Below, piece after piece: positions 52,126 to 63,762 of a stretch of 64,000 nucleotides of DNA. Under the pieces are notes generated by a model. That model saw only the letters and a list, made by a program, of their open reading frames with translations. It had not been told where the DNA came from and ran no database searches. The first letter of the stretch is position 1; each line of letters opens with the position of its first letter. Origin of the DNA: Clostridia bacterium (lineage in GTDB: Bacteria; Bacillota; Clostridia; TANB77; CAG-508); contig CAAECB010000034.1 in NCBI GenBank assembly GCA_900754285.1, positions 3,458-67,457 on the forward strand, given 5' to 3'. Made by a program: the position numbers and the translations under genes.

Positions 52126-54090
52126 TTATTTATATAACTTTTCAAGCACAATAACAAACATTGCATGTGCCCAACCTAATCCAATAACCCAATCAGGTTT
52201 TAAAGTATTATTATCAACTTGTTCACCTAAAAAATAATGCTTACCACAAGTTTTTACAACAAAATCAAAAGTTTCTTTTGCTTTTTTCTTTTCACCTGAT
52301 TCCAAATAGTATAATGTTAGCCATAAATTTGCAATTGGCCATGGATTTCCATTTCTATAATTGTCATCTTCAAAACGTCTGTATCCACCTGTATATGTTC
52401 TTAATGACAAATTGATTCTCTCTACAGTATTTAAAATTTTCTTTTCTTTAGGTTTATATACATTAAATGGTGTAACTGCACCCAATATACTTATATCCAT
52501 TTTTTTATCTTTTGTATTTCTTACATAAGATTTTTTACTATCATCATATAAATTCGTATCTATATATTTTTTTACACCTGCCATTAATCTTTCAATTTCT
52601 TTTTCATTTTTCTGTACTTTTTCTTCTTTTAATCTATTATTATCAAAATCAGATACATTTTTTCCTAGCACTTTATAAATTTTTAATATTGTTGCAAATG
52701 CTGAATAAATTGTTGCTAAAGAATATAAATGAATTCCCTCACACATTTCCCATAAATCATAACTTACATGTATTTTACGTTCTTTACCATTTTTTCGTAA
52801 TTGCTCTTCCATTTCTTCTTTAACTTTATCTTTGTTCAATATTTCCTCTGCATCTAAATCTAACCAATCTTTTACATAATGCTTTAAAAATGAAATTGCT
52901 TTTTCACACATTGGCAATGTATCTTTTAGAAATTTCTCATTTTTTGTTACTAAATAATGTTCATATACTCCATATATAACACTTGCTGTTTCATCTACTT
53001 GATACCCCCATGCTGGAGCTAATTTGCAATCTGTATAAAAACGTTGTTCCCACATACCATTTTTACTTTGAGTCTTTTTACAAAATATCTTATAAAATTT
53101 TTCCGTTTCTTTATCCATATTCAAAATGTCCATGGCTTTTGTTATAAAGACTGCATCTCGTGGCCAACAATACGCATATCTTCCACATTGTGTTCTTTCT
53201 TCATCAATTTCTGGAGATGCTATTACTCCACCAGTTTCAGAATTTGTTAATAATGGAAATAATAATATACTACGTTTATATATTTCATATATTTTTTCAT
53301 CATAACTACTTTGTGGTTCTTTTAGATTTAAACCATTATGTGTTTTTACATATTTTCTCCAATATGATTTTACACTTACATATTCTTTAGCAAAATCTAT
53401 TCTCTTTATTCTATCAATTTCATCCTCTAAATCAGACAAATTAGCATTTTCACCAACTAATACACAAATATAAATTTCTTTCTTTTCACCTGGTTTTATT
53501 ATACCTATATCATAACAAACACTACAATCAGCTGACATTCCTATATAATCTTTATCTTGAATTTCTCCTCTTTTTATAGTATTTTTACTACCATTAATTT
53601 GATGTTTTTCTATATCATATCCTTTAGCAAATGTTGAAACAGAAAAATCATGTGCATATTGTAACATACCACCATCAACTATTTTTGAACATACCATATT
53701 ATTTTGGTCTGTTAATAATCCTGAATGTATGTAAAATTTTGTATCTAAATCTATTGTTGATTCATTTATAAACAAATATTTTTTTACTAGCACATTTTCT
53801 TTCATCAAAATAAAGTCTGTTTGTAACATATGCAAATTAAAATATGTATTAACTACCTCTGTATTTAAAACATTAGTATCTGTATCATAATATTGTTTAT
53901 AAATATTGTTTATATCGTCATGTAAATAAATCAAATCTGATGTATTTATTTTTACTCCAGTATGAAAAAAATCTATATATTGCTTATGATCTTTACATGG
54001 AAAATATAATCTTTGCAACTCTCCTTTTTCAGTAAAAGTTGCCAACATATTTTTGTTACCAATTATTGCTTCATTTAAATATTTATTCAC
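52126..54090 (-). CDS. Glycoside hydrolase family 15 (glucoamylase/glucodextranase-like)
   Basis: YCWPRDAVF motif and (alpha/alpha)6-barrel-type C-terminal conservation, at 654 aa. Confidence 0.65.
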   Translation of the reverse strand: MNKYLNEAIIGNKNMLATFTEKGELQRLYFPCKDHKQYIDFFHTGVKINTSDLIYLHDDINNIYKQYYDTDTNVLNTEVVNTYFNLHMLQTDFILMKENVLVKKYLFINESTIDLDTKFYIHSGLLTDQNNMVCSKIVDGGMLQYAHDFSVSTFAKGYDIEKHQINGSKNTIKRGEIQDKDYIGMSADCSVCYDIGIIKPGEKKEIYICVLVGENANLSDLEDEIDRIKRIDFAKEYVSVKSYWRKYVKTHNGLNLKEPQSSYDEKIYEIYKRSILLFPLLTNSETGGVIASPEIDEERTQCGRYAYCWPRDAVFITKAMDILNMDKETEKFYKIFCKKTQSKNGMWEQRFYTDCKLAPAWGYQVDETASVIYGVYEHYLVTKNEKFLKDTLPMCEKAISFLKHYVKDWLDLDAEEILNKDKVKEEMEEQLRKNGKERKIHVSYDLWEMCEGIHLYSLATIYSAFATILKIYKVLGKNVSDFDNNRLKEEKVQKNEKEIERLMAGVKKYIDTNLYDDSKKSYVRNTKDKKMDISILGAVTPFNVYKPKEKKILNTVERINLSLRTYTGGYRRFEDDNYRNGNPWPIANLWLTLYYLESGEKKKAKETFDFVVKTCGKHYFLGEQVDNNTLKPDWVIGLGWAHAMFVIVLEKLYK

Positions 54091-54160
54091 TTTTTTATTT
54101 TTCCTCCTAACTGACGTTTAACGCAGCCAAAATTGTAATTATTTTTTATTTTTTTCCTTC

Positions 54161-55807
54161 CTAGCCTTCTATAACATCAAGAATTTGACGCTCAAGTTCC
54201 TTCATCTTCTCATTAATTCTAAAAATATCCTGATCATGTAACTCATGATTATTAACATCATCATTAACAGAAGTCTCCATATCTTTCAATTCTTCTTTCA
54301 ATTTTTCTAATCTCTTAACAACTTCTGTTCTAATATTAATAGGTAATTTTTTATCAAGAGTATGAACTAAATTGATATTATCTTTATCTAATTCATAAGT
54401 ATCACCAAAATCTGGAATTGTAACAGGAAGCTTAGTATCTGTAACTATTTTTTGTTCTAAAACTTCTTGAGATTCTTCCTCACCATGAATTAAAAAGATA
54501 TGTTTAGGTTTTTGTATAAAAGAATATATAAAATTCATTAAACCTTCTTGATCTGCATGCCCTGAATATCCTTCTATATACTCAATTCTAGCATTTACTG
54601 CAATTTCTTCTCCAAAAATTTTTACCTTTTTAGCACCATGAACAATGCTATATCCCAAAGTTCCAGGAGCTTGATAACCTACAAACAAAATTGTACTATT
54701 AGGATTCCACAAATTATGTTTTAAATGATGTTTTATTCTTCCAACTTCACACATACCACTTGCAGAAATAATTATACATGGTTCTTGGCTTTCATTTAAA
54801 GCTTTAGATTCATCTGTAGACATTGTAAATTTTAGTCCTGGAAATTCTAGTGGATTATCTCCATTCATTATTTCCTTTTGAGTTTCTTCATCAAATAAAT
54901 CCATATTTTCTCTAAAAACTTCTGTTGCAGAAATTGCCAATGGACTATCAACATAAACTGGTGCTCTCATTAATGTACGATATTTATGTCTAAATTCTTC
55001 ATCTGTTCTTATATCTTTTAACTTATTTAATTCATACAATATCTCCTGTGTTCTTCCTACAGCAAATGATGGAATTACAACAGTTCCATGATTATCTAAA
55101 GTTTCTGATACTATATCCAAAAACATTTCAGCTTTTTCATTATTACGTATATGTAATCTGCTTCCATATGTAGATTCCATAACCAAATAATCAGTATCTT
55201 CTATCATTGTTGGTGAACTCAAAAGCGGAATATCATTATTACCAATATCACCTGTAAATACTGTTTTTGTAGTCTTTCCATCTTCATCAACCCACAACTC
55301 TATAATACTTGAACCAAGCATATGTCCTGCATCATTAAAACGTACATGAATTTGATCTGTTATATCTATTATTTCATCATATTGTACAGCTTCAAATATT
55401 TGCAAACATTTTGCTGCTTCTTCTGCTGTATAAAGTGGATCTCTTGGTTTTTCACCTTTACGCATTCTTTTTCTATTTTTCCATTCAGATTCCATTTCTT
55501 GTATATGACCACTATCTGGAAGCATTAATGCACACAAATCACATGTTGCTTTATGAGCATAAATTTTATTTTTAAATCCTTCATTATACAATTTTGGTAT
55601 TCTACCAGAATGATCTATATGTGCATGTGTTAATAATACAAAATCTATTTCTTTAGGGTCAAATTCAAATTCTTGAAAGTTTTCTTCTTCCAATTCAGCC
55701 TTTCCTTGCCACATACCACAATCTACTAAAAACTTCTTTCCTGCTGCTTCTACTAAATAATTAGAACCAGTTACAGTTTTTGTTGCTCCTAAAAAAGTAA
55801 TTTTCAT
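54161..55807 (-). CDS. MBL-fold beta-CASP family ribonuclease (CPSF73/RNase J-like)
   Basis: LLTHAHIDHSG metallo-beta-lactamase motif, downstream beta-CASP His/Asp residues, at 548 aa. Confidence 0.65.
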   Translation of the reverse strand: MKITFLGATKTVTGSNYLVEAAGKKFLVDCGMWQGKAELEEENFQEFEFDPKEIDFVLLTHAHIDHSGRIPKLYNEGFKNKIYAHKATCDLCALMLPDSGHIQEMESEWKNRKRMRKGEKPRDPLYTAEEAAKCLQIFEAVQYDEIIDITDQIHVRFNDAGHMLGSSIIELWVDEDGKTTKTVFTGDIGNNDIPLLSSPTMIEDTDYLVMESTYGSRLHIRNNEKAEMFLDIVSETLDNHGTVVIPSFAVGRTQEILYELNKLKDIRTDEEFRHKYRTLMRAPVYVDSPLAISATEVFRENMDLFDEETQKEIMNGDNPLEFPGLKFTMSTDESKALNESQEPCIIISASGMCEVGRIKHHLKHNLWNPNSTILFVGYQAPGTLGYSIVHGAKKVKIFGEEIAVNARIEYIEGYSGHADQEGLMNFIYSFIQKPKHIFLIHGEEESQEVLEQKIVTDTKLPVTIPDFGDTYELDKDNINLVHTLDKKLPINIRTEVVKRLEKLKEELKDMETSVNDDVNNHELHDQDIFRINEKMKELERQILDVIEG

Positions 55808-55839
55808 AAAAACCTCACTTTCTTTTAACTTAAATTAAG

Positions 55840-57429
55840 TTATTCAAACAATTTAATTTTTTTATTAAATTTTATTTGCTTTTCATTTATTTTTTCATTT
55901 GTAAAAATTTGCATTTTTTCCTCAAATGCTCCTTCATCAAATATTTGCATAAAATATTTTTCTTTATCTTTTGTAATTTTCAATGACAAATCTTCTAATT
56001 TTATAACTCTTAACTGCAAAATATTTTTCCAAATTTCATATTCATATTCACCAGATTTAGTAATTTCTTGAATTGCCTTTGTTTCTTTAGCTTTTTCCAT
56101 TACAGTATTCAATATTTCTTTTAATAAATTTTTGCATTCTTCTATATTTTCAATTTTTTCAATCACATTATATTGACCATCAAATGGTAAAAGTACATAA
56201 TATCTAATTTGATATATTAATTCTATAACTTCTTGTTTATTAGATACTTTTTCTATTTTCATTTTTAAACATTTCAAAAATATTTTTTGAAAATCTAACA
56301 ATGTTTTTTCAGTCTCTTGATAAACATCTTCTATTTCCAAATATTTCAAATACTTATCTTTTTCTTCTAATTCTTGGACATGTTTTACAAAACTTTTTGG
56401 CTTCATTATATTATTTAACTCTTCAATTTTTTTATAAATTTCAGCTCTTTCTTTTAACATTGTATTTGATAATACACGCATACTAAATATTTTTTTATCT
56501 AAAGGCAATTCTTCATTTCTCTTAATATACTCTTTTTGTAACAAATCTTTATTATTCAATTTATTATCAATGTCTTTTATTTCTTCTAGTAAATTCATTT
56601 TTCTTTTTGTTATTTCGCTTACATATGATTGCTTATCATCCATAATTTGCAATTCATTTTCTATATTATCTTTATCATAAAAAAAGTTTTGCAAATTTTT
56701 CCTATTAAATCTCATATCTAATATAACAGCCAATTTAATAATTAATTCTACAAATTCATTAGCATTTTCTTTGCCATATTTATTTTGTAAATTAAATAAA
56801 AATTCTGAATAATAATCTTTTTGAGCATTTTTTAAATATACCCAATCTTCTAAAAAAGCATTACCAAGTAAAATTCGTAATATCTGATAAATTAAATTAT
56901 GTGCTGGACTTTCTATTTCTGTATTTAATGTTGTCCAAGAATAACCATTGAAATCACGTAAAGGTTCCACTTTTTGAATTGTATTTCCCGCACTTAATAA
57001 GTCTGATAATACTACATTTATTATATAATATTTTTCTTTTATTAAACTTTCTTTTTTACTTATTTTCCAAATAGTATACAAAAGTTTTCTTTCAATTGGA
57101 TAACATTCAATCTCTCCATTTTTTTTATCAACATAAAATGTAGTATTAGGATATATCTTACTCTTACTTGCTTCCATTCTAACTAATTTTATAGATTTAC
57201 AATCATTTTTTATGATATTTATAAACTCTTTTATATATTCCTCTTTTGTTTCCACATCTTTTTTTACTGTTTCATAATCTTTATATGAAGTCTCAATTTT
57301 ATATAATATACTAAGGAGCATACTTTGCACATTTTCTTCAAATTTTTTTTGTTCTAATACTAATTCTAATTCATTGTTATAATCTTTTTTTACAAACTTA
57401 TCCATTAGACTTTCTTTTTTCATTAGCAA
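55840..57429 (-). CDS. Hypothetical Lys/Glu-rich protein (529 aa)
   Basis: ORF between ftsK and the RNase gene. No recognisable domain. Confidence 0.4.
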   Translation of the reverse strand: MLMKKESLMDKFVKKDYNNELELVLEQKKFEENVQSMLLSILYKIETSYKDYETVKKDVETKEEYIKEFINIIKNDCKSIKLVRMEASKSKIYPNTTFYVDKKNGEIECYPIERKLLYTIWKISKKESLIKEKYYIINVVLSDLLSAGNTIQKVEPLRDFNGYSWTTLNTEIESPAHNLIYQILRILLGNAFLEDWVYLKNAQKDYYSEFLFNLQNKYGKENANEFVELIIKLAVILDMRFNRKNLQNFFYDKDNIENELQIMDDKQSYVSEITKRKMNLLEEIKDIDNKLNNKDLLQKEYIKRNEELPLDKKIFSMRVLSNTMLKERAEIYKKIEELNNIMKPKSFVKHVQELEEKDKYLKYLEIEDVYQETEKTLLDFQKIFLKCLKMKIEKVSNKQEVIELIYQIRYYVLLPFDGQYNVIEKIENIEECKNLLKEILNTVMEKAKETKAIQEITKSGEYEYEIWKNILQLRVIKLEDLSLKITKDKEKYFMQIFDEGAFEEKMQIFTNEKINEKQIKFNKKIKLFE

Positions 57430-57447
57430 AATATCTCCTTTCTTTAG

Positions 57448-59961
57448 TTATTCCTGTTCTTGATTAGCAAGTTCATTTTTTTCCATTTTTAACTCATTTA
57501 ATCTATCCAAAGTCATCAAAACTTCTCTAGGTTTACTTCCTTGGAAGCCAGATATAACTCCTCTTTCTTCCATTTGATCAATAATTCTACCTGCACGAGC
57601 ATATCCAACTTTAAATCTTCTTTGAATAAATGATGTTGATGCTTGACCTGTTTCTACTACAGTTTGAATTGCATCCATTAAAAATGGATCTGTTTCATCA
57701 TCTTCATCAGTTTGTGCTATTTCTTTTTCTGTTTTATTTCCATTTTCAATTGTTTCTAATATATCTTCACTATAATTTGCAGTTCCATTTTGTTTTACAA
57801 AATCAACAATCTTTTCAACTTCATCATCAGAAACAAATGCACCTTGTACTCTTACAGGTTTTGGTGCACCTGCTGGGAAAAATAGCATATCACCTTTTCC
57901 TAACAACTTTTCTGCACCAACACTATCTATAATAGTTCTAGAATCCACTTGAGAAGATACTGCAAATGCTATACGTGATGGAACATTTGCTTTAATTAAC
58001 CCTGTAATAACATCTACAGATGGTCTTTGTGTTGCAATTACTAAGTGCATTCCAGCAGCTCTAGCTTTTTGTGCCAAACGACAAATTGCCTCTTCAACAT
58101 CTTTTGCAGCAACCATCATTAAATCTGCCAACTCATCTACAATAATAACAATTTGTGGTAATTTCCCAGAACCTTCTTCTTTTTCTATTGCTTTATTATA
58201 GCCTTTTATATCTCTTACACCTTTTTGCGCAAATAAATTATATCTATTATCCATTTCTTGAACAGCCCAAGCTAATGCACCTGCTGCTTTTTTAGGATCT
58301 GTTACAACTGGAATTAATAAATGTGGTATTCCATTGTAAACAGAAAGTTCAACTACTTTTGGGTCAACCATTACCATTTTTACTTCACTAGGTTTACTTT
58401 TATAAATAATACTTGTAATAATTGTATTTATACAAACACTCTTACCAGAACCTGTAGAACCAGCAATTAACAGGTGAGGCATTTTTGCAATATCTGCTAA
58501 TTGAATATTTCCAGCAACATCTTTTCCTAAAGCTACTGTTAATTTTGAAGAACTTTCTCCAAATTCATCACTTTCTAATACTTCCCTTAAGTGAACAGCT
58601 TCTTTTTCTTTATTTGGTACCTCTATTCCAACAGCTTGTTTGCCTGGAATTGGTGCTTCTATACGAATAGTTTCTGCAGCTAAATTTAATGCAATATCAT
58701 CTGCAAGATTTGCAATTTTACTAACACGAACTCCTTCAGCAGGTTTTAACTCATATCTTGTAATTGCAGGACCAACAGAAACATTTTCTACTTTAGCAGA
58801 AACTCCAAAACTATACAAAGTTTTCTGTAATTTTGCTGCAGTATCTGTCAATGCTTTTGCTCCACCTTTTAATGTTTTCTTATTTGCTTTTGAAAGTAAC
58901 TCTACAGGTGGATATTCATAATGTTCATCTTCTACAATCATTGCATGTTCAAGTTGTAAAACCTCTTTTGTTTTATCTTGTTTTTGTTCTTCTTCTTGTT
59001 TAAACAAATTGCTTTCAATAACATCTGGTTGTATTTCTTGTTTTTTAGATTTTCTCATTCCTTTTGTCTCTTTTGTAAGTGGTGTAATATCATCTTTACT
59101 ATGATCATATTTTTTTAATTGTGGATTATCATTTTCGTCTAACATTCTTCCACCAAAATTAATCTTAATTTGATTTTCCATTTCATCTGGATATACATCA
59201 GGATGTGCTGCTGGTTTTATTTTTCTTTTTCCTTGATTAGATTCATTTGTTGGTTGCTCATATTGTTGTTCATATTGCTGATTCATTTGCATTTGTCTAT
59301 TTTGCATTCTTTCTTGTCTATTTTGCATTTCTTGCATACGAGCTTCTTTTCTTTCCTCTTTTCTCTGTTGTGATTTTTCAATACTTTGTTGCAAAATATC
59401 AGATGTGTGTATACCAAACATAAATACAATCATCAATATTGCTACACCAACACTAAAAATAACAGCTCCTACATTTCCTAACAAATTTGATAGAGGTACT
59501 GCAATTGCTGCTCCAATTGCTCCTCCTCCAACTCCTGATGTTCCAATACTATATGCATCTTTTACAACATTTGCTAATTCTTTATTAGCTAATAATTCTC
59601 CACTAACTATTTGGAATGTTGCCATTACTGTTGCAATTGTTATTAAAAATATTGTATATTGTCCTAATTTATACCACAATTCTTGCCTATCTTCATATAC
59701 AATTTTAATTGCTACTGCAAATATTCCTATAGGTAATACATATCTTATTATTCCTATTAATCCTCCTAAAATTTCAGTTAGTTTTACTCCTATAACTCCT
59801 GATTTACCATATATTAAAACAGCAGAAAGAACACTTAAAACAAACAAAACAACAATAGCTAAATCTAGCCTTGATGCTTGGTTTTTAGTACTTCTTTTTG
59901 CTGCTGTTTTTTTTCCTGTTTGCTTTTTATTATATGTACGTTTTTTTGCCATTTCTATCAT
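57448..59961 (-). CDS. ftsK: DNA translocase FtsK/SpoIIIE
   Basis: N-terminal TM segments, Gln/Pro-rich linker, Walker A GSTGSGKS and a C-terminal gamma domain. Confidence 0.9.
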   Translation of the reverse strand: MIEMAKKRTYNKKQTGKKTAAKRSTKNQASRLDLAIVVLFVLSVLSAVLIYGKSGVIGVKLTEILGGLIGIIRYVLPIGIFAVAIKIVYEDRQELWYKLGQYTIFLITIATVMATFQIVSGELLANKELANVVKDAYSIGTSGVGGGAIGAAIAVPLSNLLGNVGAVIFSVGVAILMIVFMFGIHTSDILQQSIEKSQQRKEERKEARMQEMQNRQERMQNRQMQMNQQYEQQYEQPTNESNQGKRKIKPAAHPDVYPDEMENQIKINFGGRMLDENDNPQLKKYDHSKDDITPLTKETKGMRKSKKQEIQPDVIESNLFKQEEEQKQDKTKEVLQLEHAMIVEDEHYEYPPVELLSKANKKTLKGGAKALTDTAAKLQKTLYSFGVSAKVENVSVGPAITRYELKPAEGVRVSKIANLADDIALNLAAETIRIEAPIPGKQAVGIEVPNKEKEAVHLREVLESDEFGESSSKLTVALGKDVAGNIQLADIAKMPHLLIAGSTGSGKSVCINTIITSIIYKSKPSEVKMVMVDPKVVELSVYNGIPHLLIPVVTDPKKAAGALAWAVQEMDNRYNLFAQKGVRDIKGYNKAIEKEEGSGKLPQIVIIVDELADLMMVAAKDVEEAICRLAQKARAAGMHLVIATQRPSVDVITGLIKANVPSRIAFAVSSQVDSRTIIDSVGAEKLLGKGDMLFFPAGAPKPVRVQGAFVSDDEVEKIVDFVKQNGTANYSEDILETIENGNKTEKEIAQTDEDDETDPFLMDAIQTVVETGQASTSFIQRRFKVGYARAGRIIDQMEERGVISGFQGSKPREVLMTLDRLNELKMEKNELANQEQE

Positions 59962-60094
59962 CCTCCAAAAGTTGTATCAGTTTCCTATATTTATATTCTA
60001 GGAAGTTCGGAGAACTTTCCTACGATATAAAATAGGAAAAGAAACACATACTTTCTACTTCCTATTTATCTTTATAACCTTTATCTTTTGAGCT

Positions 60095-60625
60095 TTATTT
60101 TAATTCTTTTCTACTATTTTGAATTGTTTTTATTGTATCTTCCATAGAAATTTGCATTAAATTCAAAGCTTCACTCATATTTTTTTCTAATTTTGCCAAT
60201 GTATCAGTCAAAACATTTTCTGTTCCACCTAATAAATTGTCAGCATAATCTTTTGTACCTTTTGAAATTTCTCTAGACATTTCATTAGCAGTTTCAATAA
60301 TTTGTGCTTTTTGGTCATATGCTTTTTTAGTAATTTCATGTTCATCAATCATAGCAATAATTCTATTTTCAGCTTCTTTTACTATATCATCAGCTTCTTT
60401 TTGAGCCTCAACTAATATACGTTGTCTTTCTTCCTTTACCCATTTAGCTTGTTTCAATTCATCAGGAAGTTTCAAACGTATTTCTTTTAATAAATCTAAA
60501 ATTTCTTCTTTATTTACAACTGTTTTTGCTGAAAATGGTAAATTTCTGCTTCTATCTAGTATGTCCTCCAATTCATCCAATAATGTAAAAATTTCCATGG
60601 TTAATCTCATCCTTTCTAAACACAA
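60095..60625 (-). CDS. Hypothetical coiled-coil protein (176 aa)
   Basis: ORF only. Confidence 0.35.
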   Translation of the reverse strand: MCLERMRLTMEIFTLLDELEDILDRSRNLPFSAKTVVNKEEILDLLKEIRLKLPDELKQAKWVKEERQRILVEAQKEADDIVKEAENRIIAMIDEHEITKKAYDQKAQIIETANEMSREISKGTKDYADNLLGGTENVLTDTLAKLEKNMSEALNLMQISMEDTIKTIQNSRKELK

Positions 60626-60665
60626 ACCTAATTAGAAAATTTTTAAACTTCAGTATTTTCTAAAA

Positions 60666-61244
60666 TCAATTTGTCATCCTTGCAAAAATAATACTCGCTC
60701 TTCCATATTTTCTAATATCAAAAATTGATATATTATCTAACTGCTCTATTTCTTTTATTACATTCTCTCTATCTGTTTCTACAGCTAAAATAGTAGATGC
60801 TTTTAATAAATCTCTCTGCCTCAAAATTTTAATAGTATCTATTGCATATTTGGTTTTATATGGTGGGTCAATATATACAATATCTAGTTTTTCACTTATA
60901 TGATTTGATAACATTTTTTCAAAACTTTCTTCATATAAGACAATTTTTTCACTTAAATGTGTCTTTTCAATATTTTTATGAACAATTTGAATTGCATTTC
61001 TAGAATTTTCGCACATATAAACTTTTTTAGCTCCTCTACTTGCAGCCTCTAACCCTATAGCCCCACTTCCTGCAAACACATCTAAAAATACACAATTCTG
61101 AATTTCGTTTTGTAAAATATTAAATAATGATTCTTTTACTCTATCTAAGGTTGGTCTAGTATCCATTCCTTCTAATGTATATAATTTTGTCCCTCGAGCA
61201 CTTCCACTAATAATTCGCATAGTTGTAATCAATCCTTCCAGCAT
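60666..61244 (-). CDS. rsmD: 16S rRNA (guanine966-N2)-methyltransferase
   Basis: DVFAGSGAIGLEAASRGA SAM motif and DIVYIDPPY motif. Confidence 0.85.
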   Translation of the reverse strand: MLEGLITTMRIISGSARGTKLYTLEGMDTRPTLDRVKESLFNILQNEIQNCVFLDVFAGSGAIGLEAASRGAKKVYMCENSRNAIQIVHKNIEKTHLSEKIVLYEESFEKMLSNHISEKLDIVYIDPPYKTKYAIDTIKILRQRDLLKASTILAVETDRENVIKEIEQLDNISIFDIRKYGRASIIFARMTN

Positions 61245-61404
61245 AAATGTAATATTTTTCCTATGATACTATTTTATCTTTTTTTTTCATAATGTCAATA
61301 TAATTAACGCAATTGTAATATACATTTAACACTTTTGTAATATTTTACCTGTAAAGAGTCAAAAAAACAGCTAAAACTTCAAAATTTTGGCTGTTTTCAT
61401 TAGT

Positions 61405-61881
61405 TTAAACTGGATTATCTTCTTTATTAATATCTTTTATTAATTCTAATTGTGATATCAATAATGATTCCATTTTAGCTTTATATATGTCAAATTGTTT
61501 TTTTACATCATCTAATTCTTTTTGTTTCATAATTACTTGACTATTTAGCTCATCTACTTGCTTTTGAGCACTTGATTTTGCTTCATCAACTATTTGATCA
61601 GCTTTTTGTTTAGCAACATTTTTCACTTCTTCAGCTGTTGTTTGAGCCATTACAAGAGTACTTTGCAATGTTGATTCAATAGACTTATAATGAGCCAAGC
61701 TATTATTTAATTCATCAATTTTAGAACGTAATTCTGTTAACTCTTTATAATTTTTTGAATAGTCAACTGTCAATTCATCTAAAAAATCATCAACTTCTTC
61801 AACACTATAACCATTCATCATTTGTTTAGCAAATTTTTTATTTTCTATATCTAATGGTGTTATCATTACATTTACCTCCAA
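61405..61881 (-). CDS. divIVA: DivIVA-family cell-division protein
   Basis: MITPLDIENKKFAKQMMNGYSVEEVDDFLD N-terminal signature. Confidence 0.8.
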   Translation of the reverse strand: MEVNVMITPLDIENKKFAKQMMNGYSVEEVDDFLDELTVDYSKNYKELTELRSKIDELNNSLAHYKSIESTLQSTLVMAQTTAEEVKNVAKQKADQIVDEAKSSAQKQVDELNSQVIMKQKELDDVKKQFDIYKAKMESLLISQLELIKDINKEDNPV

Positions 61882-61890
61882 AAGTTCGAA

Positions 61891-62406
61891 CTAATTTAAG
61901 TTATTATTTTTTAACCAAGAAACAGAAAGTTTGTTTTTCATTTCTTCTCTTGCCATTTCATTTGTTATTTCATAATTTGATGGTGCAACTAAGAAGATAG
62001 AATTTGATACTTTTTGAATGTAACCATCTAAAGCATAAACTCCACCACTAATAAAGTCAACAATTCTTCTTGCAACATCTTTATTTACATATTCTAAATT
62101 AACTATAATTGATTTTCTTTCTTTCAAAAATGCACAGATTTCATCTGATTGTTCAAATGTAGTTGGTTGAGAAATAACCATCTTTATAGCTTGTCCACCT
62201 TGTTGTGGCATTGATACAACTTTATTATTTGTTCCATTTTTTCTTCCAAAACTTCTTTTATCTTCTATATCATTTTCTTCTATTTCATCTTGACCATAAT
62301 TTTGTGAGTATGGTTGATTGTACATATCATCCCCATCTAAATCCATATCAGATTCTGGTGTATCCATCCCAAAAAAATTCCATACTTTATTCATTAAAGC
62401 TGACAT
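61891..62406 (-). CDS. sepF: Cell division protein SepF
   Basis: C-terminal SepF domain (SIIVNLEYVNKDVARRIVDFISGGVYALDG). Confidence 0.85.
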   Translation of the reverse strand: MSALMNKVWNFFGMDTPESDMDLDGDDMYNQPYSQNYGQDEIEENDIEDKRSFGRKNGTNNKVVSMPQQGGQAIKMVISQPTTFEQSDEICAFLKERKSIIVNLEYVNKDVARRIVDFISGGVYALDGYIQKVSNSIFLVAPSNYEITNEMAREEMKNKLSVSWLKNNNLN

Positions 62407-62531
62407 AAAAAAACCTCCTAAATTACTTTCATACGTATTATTTGATACTAGTATCTACTTTTTTTACAATATTGTCAATAGTTTTTAAGAATGTAATAAT
62501 ATTTTAATATTATTGTAATATTATTGTAATA

Positions 62532-63762
62532 TTATTTTACTTTTGATAAATCTGGTTTTACTAATATTTCATCATACATACTAATATTCTTCATATTTGA
62601 AATCTCAGTACTATTAAAGCCTAATTCCTTTAATTCTTCTGATGTATAATTTGTAATAATTGAATATTTTTCATTTTGTTTTTTTACTTTCACAAGAATT
62701 TTACTAAGATATCCTGCCCTACTTCTAACAACATATTGCAAATTATTTTCTTCAACTACAGATTCATTTGGTACTTTCAAACCAGAATAATTCCACCAAA
62801 TTAAATCAAATGAAATTTTTCTATAATTTGATAATTCTGAAATTTCCTTGTTAATCTTCAACACTAATAATATTTCTTCATCACTTTCTTGAGAAATATA
62901 TGCTATTTCTGCATCTATTTCACTATTATTAGATAGTCGAACTTTTACTTTATCCCCTACTTTAGCTTCTTTCGCTTGACTAGAAGATGAAATTGTAGCT
63001 ATATATGCCTGAAAATTATCAATTATTTTTCCACATTCATCACTAGTCGCAATTAATTTACCAGTTTTTAAATTCAAATTTTCTAAATACTGTTTACTAA
63101 GAGAAGAAAAATTAGCAGGTGTTAGAGTTTCTTCTAAACCATCAACCTTATATGATAAAATTCCACTTTTAGTTGCTTTTATTGTTTCTGTTCCTTCATT
63201 CAATTCTTTTTCTAATTTTACCCTTTGACTATTTAATTGTTTCAAATATGAACCAGATGGACTTTTTTCTCCTATTATTTTAGCCTTTTTTGTAATCAAT
63301 TGATTAATCTTTTTTTCATATTCTGTCAATTTTGATATATCTGTAACTTTATTTAATTTTTCGATTTCTTCATCTATTTGGTTTTCAACCAATTTTACAT
63401 CTGAAGGATATAAATCAGTTTGTTTCTGCATAGTTTCTTGTATTTTATTATCTAATTCAGCAATTTGTTTCTTTAAGTTTTCCTCATTTTTACTATAATA
63501 TCTAAAAACATTTTCGTTTTTAGCTACCTTTTCACCTTCACTCTTTATTTGCTCCATTCCATTTTTATATTGATTACCTTTTACAACAACTTCATCACGA
63601 ATAATATATCCGCACATCTGACTCTTCTAAATACAGTTTTCCTTCTTCTACAGTAAAAATATCTGTTGGTTGCTTAACTAATAAATAAATAATATACATA
63701 AAATAGCACAAAATCACACATATTATTATCAAAACTATTATCTTATATATACTTTTTTTCAA
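62532..63762 (-). CDS. HlyD-like/coiled-coil periplasmic adaptor-type protein with apparent 5' frameshift. The N-terminal TM segment (TTG start 63762) is in a different frame from ORF 62532..63617.
   Basis: Upstream frame encodes LKKSIYKIIVLIIICVILCYFMYIIYLLVKQPTDIFTVEEGKLYLEESD, then a stop overlapping MCGYIIRDEV... The GGAGGG RBS precedes the TTG, and the TTG overlaps the miaA stop. Confidence 0.4.
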
